From positions 1-59,258 of the forward strand of contig CAMVJO010000001.1 in the NCBI GenBank assembly GCA_947167835.1: a stretch of DNA of 59,258 nt, in the 5' to 3' direction. Position 1 is the stretch's first letter. Every line of letters starts with the position of its first letter. The notes under the pieces were generated by a model. That model searched no databases. It saw nothing but the letters and a program-made list of their open reading frames with translations, and had not been told where the DNA came from. This stretch comes from an uncultured Prevotellaceae bacterium (GTDB lineage: Bacteria; Bacteroidota; Bacteroidia; Bacteroidales; Bacteroidaceae). Position numbers and translations under genes: made by a program. Positions 21,272-29,813 of this stretch are shown in pieces.

Positions 21272-21457
21272 GGGTTGTTCTAAAAATTAGGCTGTTTTGA
21301 GTTTTCGAAGATTTTTGAGTGATTTTGTATTTAATTTCGCAGAAGCATAGTAACCTATGGTTCAAGGAATAAAAGACAAAAGCGCCAAAAAGATTGAAAA
21401 ATCATACAGACTTAAATGGACTTCCCAATATTTATAAACTAATTTTTAGAACAACCC
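21272..21457. mobile_element. MITE-like element, short form (186 bp)
   Basis: TIR GGGTTGTTCTAAAAATTAG / CTAATTTTTAGAACAACCC; TTAA on both flanks; homologous to the four other copies. Confidence 0.8.
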
Positions 21458-21478
21458 TTAAGAACCATTTGTTCAGCA

Positions 21479-24400
21479 ATGAAATATTTATTTTCGTCAT
21501 ATTTTCACCGTATATGTCGCTCTTTGTTCGTGACACTGCTGTTGCTATGTGCCACCAGCGCATCTTTTGCGCAGATAGCAGAGGGATTATACTATATAGC
21601 CAGTTATAACTCTTATAACAAGACGAATCATGCGGCTACGTTCTATATATGCCCCGCAGATATCTCGTGGGCGTCTGGTCAGCCTTACCTAACTACGAGT
21701 AAGAACAATCAAAGCGATCTTTTTGAGGTGATAAAAGCAGATGACTACTATTATATCAAGCATGTCTCCTCGGGAAAATATCTTACTATCAACGGACCAA
21801 CTTTTGCTTCGGGAAATGAGCACCGTCGCCGCGTGCACCTTGAAGATGTTGCGGAACTCGGTGAGGATAACCTGTTCAGTATTATAGTTGGCGGCTCACA
21901 TAAAACAAATGGCACCTTCTATAATATCACTCACAAGAGCCTTGTTGTGAATGGCCACAAGTATCTGAACGTTACCGGCGGTAACCAGACATATAACGAC
22001 GGTGGTAAATCCGGTTATTCTGGTATTATAGGTTTGTATAACAGCGCTACCGACGGAGGTTCCCGATGGTATTTTGAAGCGCCGCCCGCTACGCTTGATT
22101 GTGCCAATCCTTACATCAGTTTGGACAGCGACGACAAGGTGAAAATCACCTGTACCACTCCCAGTGCCGTGATTTACTATACGCTTGACGGCTCTAATCC
22201 CACAAACTCTGCCACACGTCAGGTGTATTCCGCACCTTTTGCTATGGGAGCAGGACAAACTACGGTCAAAGCCGTGGCTACAAGATCTGGCTACACCGAT
22301 TCCGAAGTCATTCGCCTGGATGCTGTCAAACAAGTGGTAAGCAACAGTTCCGAAATCACCAATATGTATGGTTGCTACTACCTTGACGAAGGTTTTGTGC
22401 TAAGCAGTTCCATAGGAAGCTCAAATAATCCTTTCTGTGGCCTCATTGACGGCGGATTCAACGAGATTTCCCTCGATGAGCCTTTAGTGGATTATGCCAA
22501 AGGCGCCACTATTCGTAACATCAGGGTAGAAGATGCTTCCATTGACGTAACTGGCAATGCAGGAGCGATATGTAGTCATGCACAGGGCGTCACTCGCATT
22601 TACAACTGCGGCATTCTCTCGGGAACAGTCAAAGGTACGAAATATACCGGCGGCATTGTGGGTGAATTGAAGGACGCTGCCCGCGTCATCAACTGCTTTA
22701 GTTTTGCCGACATCACGGGTGGCACGTATGTTGGAGGCATTGTGGGTTACAATACCTTCCCTTCTACTGCGGATAACCTTAAAACGATGGTGATGAACTG
22801 CATGTTTTATGGCGATATCACAGATGGTACATCTAAGGCCCCGATTTACAATGGAGAACTGATAACTAACGTAGGAAATCAGAAAGGACTCAACAACTAT
22901 AACTATTTTACGATTGATGCTAACTACGCAAAATCGGGCGATATCCAGAAATACAACACCGCACTCGGTGCAGAAAAACGTTTCCTGGTGCGTTTCGAGC
23001 AATACCGCTATCTTCTCAACGGAAATCGCAACCTTGCTGCCTATTATGCCACCGACGACAGCAAAAACCGTGAGGCTATGGCCAAATGGGTGCTGGATAA
23101 ATCCATAAAGCAGTATCCTATCCTGAAACCGCAGGCCAAATATCCTTCCATTATCAACTATGACGAAACGTCCCTGCCTTCTCAGGGCACTTTGACCGTC
23201 AATATCCAGCAGGGTTCGGGATATCCTACCGGCGCATCCATAGTTGTTTCTTCAAAGAACCTGACTATTACCGACCAAGACCCCGAAAACTTCAATTTCA
23301 ACTACCATAAAGTGCAGTTACCCTACTATAATGACGTAGGAACTCATAACTATACGAAAAATAAGGTGGTGACGGGTTGGAAAATCGTGAACATAGTTGG
23401 CGGTACCAAGGGAGACTTTGTAAAAAAAGACACAGTAGGCGGCTACGACTTCACGAATCGCAAATGTACCGACAAGGATCTTTACAGTGTGAGCGAACGC
23501 GTGTTTGCACAGGGCGGGTATTTTGATGTTCCCGACGGAGTAACAAGCATTACTATCCAGCCGTATTGGGCAAAGTGCGTATATCTGAGCGATCCCACGT
23601 ACGATGTAACTTATTGGGAGAACGGAGCGAACTGGGCTCCCGTGGAAGTGGCAGAATTGGGCACGCAATATAGTAATGGTACCGAGGTGGATATCAACGG
23701 CAGTATGCAAAAAGTTTATACCACGCTGCCGAATGCGCTTACTGCACTGGCCGCCAGCACCAAGTCCAAGGTTTTTGACAATGCCGTCGTGCTGGTGGGA
23801 AATTTCCACCGGTTCTGTGGTGCTAACTCGCTGACAAAAGGTTATGATGGCGAGCCTTTCACACTTTTGTCCATAGATTTGGATAAAGACAACGAGCCGG
23901 ATTACAGTATGTTCATCCAACAGACGAACCGCCAGCTGATAACTCCCATTCGCTTTGACTTTATCAATATGATTAACCTTGGTATGGCGCACAAGGTCGA
24001 AGGTAGTATTCGTGTGCCCAACCTTGGTATTGTGCAGGCCACATCTTGGTTTGAAATTACCAACACTTGCCTCATACAGTTCGGACAGTTTGAATACGAT
24101 CACAGCACTCGTCAAAAAGCGCCCATGATACTTCATGGAGGAGTCTTCGATCAGTTTATTTCAAACTACAATTCCGCACCGAAAAACCTGACAGAATATC
24201 TTTATCTTGGCGAAAACGTATGGTTCAAGATGTTTAACAACGGACGTCACGCCAATACTGCTCAGAAATACTTCACAAAACATATTCCCATCAGCGTTTC
24301 GGGCGGTGATTACGAGAGTTTCTATCTTTCGGGCATGTTTAATCAGTTTATTGACACACAACCCGACGACGCAGAGTGCTATATCAGCGGCGGACGCTTC

Positions 24401-27001
24401 GGCGAAGTTGCGGGAGGCGGCATGGAACAAATTGATGGCAACGTAGAATGGAAAATCAACCACGCGGATATAAAATCCTTCTACGGTGGCGGCGTGAATG
24501 CCGCAAAGCCTATTAAGGGAAACATCACTGTTACGATAGAAGGCAGTAATGTAGGAACATATTGCGGAGGTCCGAAATTTGGCGACATGACTACGGGCAA
24601 GAAGGTCAAGACTACGGCCAGCGATTGCGAATTCAATAAATTCTTTGGCGCAGGTTATGGCGGAACTTCCCTGAACCGTGTGGCAAAGGTGGACTCTACA
24701 CAACATACAAACTACCCTTTCAATGCGTATGTCACCCAATACTATGATCGTAAGTACAATTCCGGAAGTGCGGGCGTAGCTGTTGGGTATGAATACGAAC
24801 ATATCGTGTTTACCGGCTTCACTAATGACAATACGGTGGGACGTTTTTACGTGAACTACGCCTCTCTTTCTCTGGCTACCGTTGATAGTGTGGAATCTGT
24901 CCTCACGGGTTGCACCATTCACGACAATTTCTATGGTGGCGGCAACCTTGGTAAGGTGACAAGCGGTGCTAATTCAAAACTCTTCGGATGTACGGTTGAA
25001 GGTGACGTATATGGTGCAGGATTCTCGGCAGACATTCCTACTTGTGACGTCATGCCTATTCAGGGAATGACACCTGAACCATATTATAACGGACTTGCCG
25101 GTGTGTTTATCACGGGTGAGATGCCTCAGACCGTAGCTTACAAATGGCATCAGGTGGCAAGTGTGAGCGCAGGCAATGAATTTGACGAAGTAAACAAATA
25201 TATTTATACCACAGCCGACCTTAATACTTTGGGGCAGGTAGGTGGCGAGATTTATCTCACCGTCGATAATGGAACGCGCGTATATGGTAGCGTATTCGGC
25301 GGAGGAAACCAGTCGGAAGCCACAGGTAATGCCAACGTGACGGTAGCCGGTAGCGGAACTGTCGTCACTAATAGCGTTTTCGGCGGCGGTAATGTGGCTG
25401 TGCTCGGAGGAAATGCCGAAGTTCACCTGTCAGGCGGCACGGTAAACCGCAATCTTTACGGTGGTGGCAATGTAGCCGAAGTTGAGGGCACGACATCGGT
25501 GGAAATCACGGGTGGAGAAGTCATTAACGACGTATATGGCGGCGGTAACGAGGCGAATGTGCGTAGTAGCGTGACGGTAACGGCCAATGGCGGTACGGTA
25601 CGCGGTGCTCTCTACGGGGGAGGCGCACTTGCCAACACGAATACGGTGGACGGTGCTACGGTAGTGGATTTGCTTGGCGGAAAGGTGAACGATGTCTATG
25701 GCGGAGGATTGGGTAATGCCGAGACTGCTGCCCTTGTGGGCGGAAATGTGACGGTTACCCTCGACGGAAGCGAAGTTACGGGGCAGGTATTCGGATGTAA
25801 CAACGTAAACGGTTCACCGCAGAAGCACGTAAAAGTTCATGTGAAGCGCACGGCGAGATATAATAACGATGGTACGCTTCGCAGCAAACCCGAAAAGGAA
25901 AAAGATATCTACGAGGTGGCAGCCGTTTACGGCGGTGGCAATAAGGCGCCCTTTGTTCCTATTTCCGTAAACGAATATACCGAGGTTCTTGTCGAAGGTT
26001 GCGATGAAACGAGCGTAGGTAGTGTTTACGGCGGCGGCAATGCGGCATCGACACCTGCCACAGATGTTTTGATAAGTGGCTGCTATGAGATAGATTATGT
26101 GTTCGGCGGCGGAAATGGTGCGGGCGAAGGCAATCCAGGTGCCAACGTAGGATATGCTGCCGACCTGGACGGAAATCCTAAGACGCCTGGAGCGTCCTAT
26201 GGCTTGGGTATAGCCAGAACTACTATCAGTGGTGGAAGAATTCACCACGTGTTCGGTGGCAGTAATACGCGTGGAAACATCCGTGAGACGGCAGTATCGA
26301 TGCTTGACGAGGTTAACGAAGAATGTCCTATTGACTTAGGCGAGTTTTTCGGTGCGGGCAACGAGGCTTATATGGATGGCGATGCAAGAATCTACATGGG
26401 ATGCGTTTCGTTTATCAACGAACTCTATGGCGGCTCCAAGAATGCGGATATTGCCAAGGACATTGAATTGCATATCACCAACGGAACGTTTAATAAGATC
26501 TTCGGAGGAAATAAAAAGGGCGGTGCCATCAATGGTTCTATCACGATTTATATAGAGGAGTGGGGATGCCAGCCCATTCGCATCGGCGAACTGTATGCTG
26601 GTGGCAACGAAGCGCCCTATACCACGCCGGCGGGTAAGAATCACCCCAGAATATTTGTCGTTTCGGCCACGGAAATAGGAACTATCTTCGGTGGCGGCTA
26701 TGGTGAGTCGGCCGAAGTGGTGGGTAATCCCTATATCAACGTCAATATGGTCAAGGGAATACTCAATAAGATTGACGATCAGGAGGGTGTCGATGTGCAA
26801 AATAATAATGTTGAGCAGGAAGTAGGTACGATAGGCACTATTTTCGGAGGCGGCAACAGGGCTGTCGTTCGCGGCAATACGAAAATAGAAATCGGTACCG
26901 AAGGAAAATCTGCCAAGATCACGGGTAACGTCTATGGCGGCGGCAATCATGCCGAAGTAACCGGAACTACCGACGTAATCATCGGTAAACCAAAGGAATA
27001 G
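21479..27001 (+). CDS. Large secreted protein: beta-trefoil-like + chitobiase/hexosaminidase C-terminal (Fn3-like) + GLUG-like + C-terminal Gly-repeat beta-helix
   Basis: 1840 aa; signal peptide (ASFA|Q); 'ITCTTPSAVIYYTLDGSNPT...YSAPF...VKAVA' is CHB_HEX_C-like; 'YTGGIVG'/'YVGGIVG' are GLUG-like; many VYGGG repeats run to the very C-terminus; no T9SS-type CTD seen. Confidence 0.7.
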   Translation: MKYLFSSYFHRICRSLFVTLLLLCATSASFAQIAEGLYYIASYNSYNKTNHAATFYICPADISWASGQPYLTTSKNNQSDLFEVIKADDYYYIKHVSSGKYLTINGPTFASGNEHRRRVHLEDVAELGEDNLFSIIVGGSHKTNGTFYNITHKSLVVNGHKYLNVTGGNQTYNDGGKSGYSGIIGLYNSATDGGSRWYFEAPPATLDCANPYISLDSDDKVKITCTTPSAVIYYTLDGSNPTNSATRQVYSAPFAMGAGQTTVKAVATRSGYTDSEVIRLDAVKQVVSNSSEITNMYGCYYLDEGFVLSSSIGSSNNPFCGLIDGGFNEISLDEPLVDYAKGATIRNIRVEDASIDVTGNAGAICSHAQGVTRIYNCGILSGTVKGTKYTGGIVGELKDAARVINCFSFADITGGTYVGGIVGYNTFPSTADNLKTMVMNCMFYGDITDGTSKAPIYNGELITNVGNQKGLNNYNYFTIDANYAKSGDIQKYNTALGAEKRFLVRFEQYRYLLNGNRNLAAYYATDDSKNREAMAKWVLDKSIKQYPILKPQAKYPSIINYDETSLPSQGTLTVNIQQGSGYPTGASIVVSSKNLTITDQDPENFNFNYHKVQLPYYNDVGTHNYTKNKVVTGWKIVNIVGGTKGDFVKKDTVGGYDFTNRKCTDKDLYSVSERVFAQGGYFDVPDGVTSITIQPYWAKCVYLSDPTYDVTYWENGANWAPVEVAELGTQYSNGTEVDINGSMQKVYTTLPNALTALAASTKSKVFDNAVVLVGNFHRFCGANSLTKGYDGEPFTLLSIDLDKDNEPDYSMFIQQTNRQLITPIRFDFINMINLGMAHKVEGSIRVPNLGIVQATSWFEITNTCLIQFGQFEYDHSTRQKAPMILHGGVFDQFISNYNSAPKNLTEYLYLGENVWFKMFNNGRHANTAQKYFTKHIPISVSGGDYESFYLSGMFNQFIDTQPDDAECYISGGRFGEVAGGGMEQIDGNVEWKINHADIKSFYGGGVNAAKPIKGNITVTIEGSNVGTYCGGPKFGDMTTGKKVKTTASDCEFNKFFGAGYGGTSLNRVAKVDSTQHTNYPFNAYVTQYYDRKYNSGSAGVAVGYEYEHIVFTGFTNDNTVGRFYVNYASLSLATVDSVESVLTGCTIHDNFYGGGNLGKVTSGANSKLFGCTVEGDVYGAGFSADIPTCDVMPIQGMTPEPYYNGLAGVFITGEMPQTVAYKWHQVASVSAGNEFDEVNKYIYTTADLNTLGQVGGEIYLTVDNGTRVYGSVFGGGNQSEATGNANVTVAGSGTVVTNSVFGGGNVAVLGGNAEVHLSGGTVNRNLYGGGNVAEVEGTTSVEITGGEVINDVYGGGNEANVRSSVTVTANGGTVRGALYGGGALANTNTVDGATVVDLLGGKVNDVYGGGLGNAETAALVGGNVTVTLDGSEVTGQVFGCNNVNGSPQKHVKVHVKRTARYNNDGTLRSKPEKEKDIYEVAAVYGGGNKAPFVPISVNEYTEVLVEGCDETSVGSVYGGGNAASTPATDVLISGCYEIDYVFGGGNGAGEGNPGANVGYAADLDGNPKTPGASYGLGIARTTISGGRIHHVFGGSNTRGNIRETAVSMLDEVNEECPIDLGEFFGAGNEAYMDGDARIYMGCVSFINELYGGSKNADIAKDIELHITNGTFNKIFGGNKKGGAINGSITIYIEEWGCQPIRIGELYAGGNEAPYTTPAGKNHPRIFVVSATEIGTIFGGGYGESAEVVGNPYINVNMVKGILNKIDDQEGVDVQNNNVEQEVGTIGTIFGGGNRAVVRGNTKIEIGTEGKSAKITGNVYGGGNHAEVTGTTDVIIGKPKE

Positions 27002-27008
27002 TGCTACA

Positions 27009-27280
27009 GGGTTGTTCTAAAAATTAGGCTGTTTTGATTTGCTTACACTCTCTATACGTTTGTTCCTGCAACCCGCAGAGCTTCACCCTACGGGGCAGAC
27101 AACAAACAGAGTGTGCGCGAAGAATTCAAAGATTTTTGAGTGATTTTGTTTTTAATGCCGCAGAAGCATAGCAAGCTATGGTTCAAGGAATTAAAGACAA
27201 TGGCGCCAAAAAGATTGAAAAAGCATACAGACCAAAAAAAAACTTCACAAAATTTTAAAACCTAATTTTTAGAACTACCC
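27009..27280. mobile_element. MITE-like element, long form (272 bp) with nested structured insert
   Basis: TIR GGGTTGTTCTAAAAATTAGG / CCTAATTTTTAGAACTACCC; near-identical to 31036..31306. Confidence 0.8.
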
Positions 27281-27298
27281 TGTAGCATTTTTCGTTAT

Positions 27299-27338
27299 AA
27301 TCGGAATATTCAGCATGGTCTGAGTACTCCGATTTTTT
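27299..27338 (+). terminator. Probable intrinsic terminator
   Basis: AATCGGAATATTCAG-catggt-CTGAGTACTCCGATT followed by a T run; related hairpin at 34472. Confidence 0.55.
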
Positions 27339-27470
27339 ATCTCGGAGTTAAGTTTAAAAAGTGCCGAGCTAATTTTTTTTTGCTCGGAGCTAATTTTTTT
27401 TATCTCGGCACTATTTTTTCTTATCTCCGACCTATTTTATCCCATATTGCCCATATTGCCCATTTCCCCC
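27338..27470. repeat. Five 21-bp units (core TATCTCGGAGCTA-like) followed by 9-bp CCCATATTG repeats
   Basis: Cores at 27338, 27359, 27380, 27401 and 27422 (exact 21-bp spacing), then CCCATATTG CCCATATTG CCCATTTCCCCC. Confidence 0.85.
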
Positions 27471-27575
27471 ATCAGAAAGCATTTTCGTGGCATGATTTTT
27501 CCCCATTTCCCCGCAGTAAAACCCCAAGATGGCAGTTTCTTACGGACTTTACGGCATATTATCCGTTTTAATTTG

Positions 27576-27583
27576 TAAATTTG
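27576..27583 (+). promoter_or_regulatory. Bacteroidetes sigma-A -7 element upstream of sufC
   Basis: TAAATTTG matches TAnnTTTG about 50 nt before the sufC start. Confidence 0.55.
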
Positions 27584-27634
27584 CGCACATTTTATTGATA
27601 ATTATCCTATTATTAGGCTCGAAATACTGAATAT

Positions 27635-28381
27635 ATGCTTGAAATCAGAAATCTTCACGCCGTAGTGGAGGGAAAAGAGATACTTAAAGGCGTCAATCTG
27701 ACTATTGGCGACGGAGAGGTGCACGTGCTTATGGGACCGAACGGTTCTGGAAAATCCACGCTCAGTCATGTTTTGGTGGGAAACCCACGTTACGAGGTGA
27801 CGGAGGGAAGTATCACGTTTAATGGCAAGGATATCTTGGCTTTGTCGCCCGAAGACCGTTCGCACGAGGGCATCTTCATGTCGTTTCAGGCACCTATCGA
27901 GATTCCGGGCGTATCTATGACAAACTTCATGCGTGCCGCCATCAACGCCAAGCGCAAATACCTGGGTTTAGAGCCTCTGAAAGGCAGCGAGTTCCTCAAT
28001 CTCCTGCGTGAGAAGCGACAAATCGTGGGACTTGACGCACATTTTATGAGCCGAGGCGTAAACGAAGGATTCAGTGGCGGCGAGAGAAAACGCAATGAGA
28101 TATTCCAGATGGCCATGCTCGAACCTACTTTCAGCATACTCGACGAAACCGATAGCGGACTCGACGTTGATGCCCTGCGCATCGTGGCCGAGGGATTCAA
28201 TCGCTTGCGTAACGAGAAAACATCGGCTATGGTCATCACGCACTACCAACGTATGCTGGACTATCTCAAGCCTGATTTCGTGCATGTGCTGATGGACGGA
28301 CAGATAGTTCGCGAGGGCGATGCACAACTTGGATATGACATCGAAAATCGCGGCTTCGACTGGATCAGGGAGACGGTTTAA
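27635..28381 (+). CDS. sufC: Fe-S cluster assembly ATPase SufC
   Basis: MGPNGSGKSTL Walker A, 'RGVNEGFSGGERKRNEI', 'LDETDSGLDVDAL', 'ITHYQR'. Confidence 0.95.
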   Translation: MLEIRNLHAVVEGKEILKGVNLTIGDGEVHVLMGPNGSGKSTLSHVLVGNPRYEVTEGSITFNGKDILALSPEDRSHEGIFMSFQAPIEIPGVSMTNFMRAAINAKRKYLGLEPLKGSEFLNLLREKRQIVGLDAHFMSRGVNEGFSGGERKRNEIFQMAMLEPTFSILDETDSGLDVDALRIVAEGFNRLRNEKTSAMVITHYQRMLDYLKPDFVHVLMDGQIVREGDAQLGYDIENRGFDWIRETV

Positions 28382-28398
28382 TCTATCAAGGTGTCCGT

Positions 28399-29754
28399 AT
28401 GAAAAACAGTCTTACGCAATATACCGAACTTTTTGCCCAATATCGTCAGGTATTGGAGCAGAATGCTGCACCCGTGCTGAACAACCTGCGCGATGCTGCC
28501 CTGAATGTGCTCAATAGTGCAGGGCTACCCACAGCAAAGTCGGAGCGCTATCGTTATTGCGATGTGCAAAAACTGCTGGAGCCCGATTACGGACTGAATA
28601 TCCGTCGGGTAACATCCGGTCGCAACCTCTATCGCGACTTTCGCTGCGCCATACCCAAACTGGAAGCCGACCTCTTTCATACTGAGAACGATGTACCCGT
28701 GCTTCCCCCCGATTATGATGTTCGTAAAGCGCTTGCATCCGACGTCTGTGTCGTGACTTTGCGCCAGGCCTCGGACCTTTTGCCCGAAATCGTGCAACAA
28801 CATTTGCATAGTCTGGCTTCGCAGCACAACGACGGCCTCATGGCTCTCAATACCCTGCTTTCGCAAGACGGTTGGTTGGTTTATGCCAAAGGCGGCAGCG
28901 CACAAAAACACACGGTGCAGGTAGTAAATACGGCTACTGGCCGCACACCGATGATGATGAACCGACGTTTGCTCGTGATAGCCGAGCCGGGTGCTTCGCT
29001 CGACCTGATACTTTGCGATCGCACCGATGGCGATGCCGGTTTCCTCAGCACACAAGTTACGGAAGTCGTGATAGGCGAAGGTGCCGACGTGAAAGTTTCC
29101 GTTCTTGACGAGACAAATCAGCATACCACCCGTTTCTCAAATCTTTTAGTCCGTCAGGATGTCAATAGTCGCTTTACACTTAACGAATTGACCTTAGGTA
29201 GCGGACAGTCGCGCAGCACTACCGATGTGTTGCTGGCAGGTGGTGGAGCGTATGTCGAACTCAACGGCACCGTCATCGCCGATGGCAGTCAGTTGGCCGA
29301 CCATAATATCGAAGTAGTCCATGCCGTTGGCGGATGTCAGAGCGATATGCTCTACAAATACGTACTCGGCGACAGTTCTGTAGGCGCTTTTGCCGGAAAA
29401 GTGCTGGTGCGCCAAGATGCGCAGCAGACTATTTCGCAACAGACCAACGCCAATCTCTGTACTTCCGACACCGCCCGCGCCTTTAGCCAACCTATGCTTG
29501 AAATCTACGCCGACGATGTGAAATGTAACCACGGTTCCACCGTAGGAAAACTGGATGAAGCCGCTTTGCTCTACATGCGTCAGCGCGGCATCGAGGAAAA
29601 CGAAGCAAGGTTGCTATTACAGCACGCTTTCGTCAATGAAGTTTTGGAACGCATCGACCTACAGCCGCTTCGCGACAGACTTTCGCATCTTGTCGAGCAA
29701 AAATTTCGCGGTCGCTTGGGAAAACGTTGCAAAGGTTGCGACTTCTGCGGATAA
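28399..29754 (+). CDS. sufD: Fe-S cluster assembly protein SufD
   Basis: 'QPMLEIYADDVKCNHGSTVG..LYMRQRGI' SufBD C-terminus; position between sufC and sufS. Confidence 0.92.
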   Translation: MKNSLTQYTELFAQYRQVLEQNAAPVLNNLRDAALNVLNSAGLPTAKSERYRYCDVQKLLEPDYGLNIRRVTSGRNLYRDFRCAIPKLEADLFHTENDVPVLPPDYDVRKALASDVCVVTLRQASDLLPEIVQQHLHSLASQHNDGLMALNTLLSQDGWLVYAKGGSAQKHTVQVVNTATGRTPMMMNRRLLVIAEPGASLDLILCDRTDGDAGFLSTQVTEVVIGEGADVKVSVLDETNQHTTRFSNLLVRQDVNSRFTLNELTLGSGQSRSTTDVLLAGGGAYVELNGTVIADGSQLADHNIEVVHAVGGCQSDMLYKYVLGDSSVGAFAGKVLVRQDAQQTISQQTNANLCTSDTARAFSQPMLEIYADDVKCNHGSTVGKLDEAALLYMRQRGIEENEARLLLQHAFVNEVLERIDLQPLRDRLSHLVEQKFRGRLGKRCKGCDFCG

Positions 29755-29760
29755 AGGGTG

Positions 29761-29813
29761 CTGGAAAATATAAACATCACACCGGATAATATAAAAATCA
29801 CACTGGGAAACAT
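29761..29813. repeat. Degenerate 21-bp tandem repeat between sufD and sufS
   Basis: CTGGAAAATATAAACATCACA / CCGGATAATATAAAAATCACA / CTGGGAAACAT. Confidence 0.6.

Noticed and set aside
10814-27001. Diversity-generating retroelement, shufflon or polymorphic toxin explanation for the giant genes
   Set aside because: No reverse transcriptase, recombinase, template/variable repeat pair, RHS core or toxin-immunity pair seen.
27045-27114. Known self-cleaving ribozyme in the MITE insert
   Set aside because: No hammerhead core (CTGAnGA...GAAA) or other recognisable ribozyme consensus on either strand by eye.
27380-27571. Short ORFs over repeats (27380..27571, 21394..21609, 42528..43133, 47502..47861)
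   Set aside because: They translate repeat DNA or overlap real genes; the 21-bp period keeps frames open by chance.
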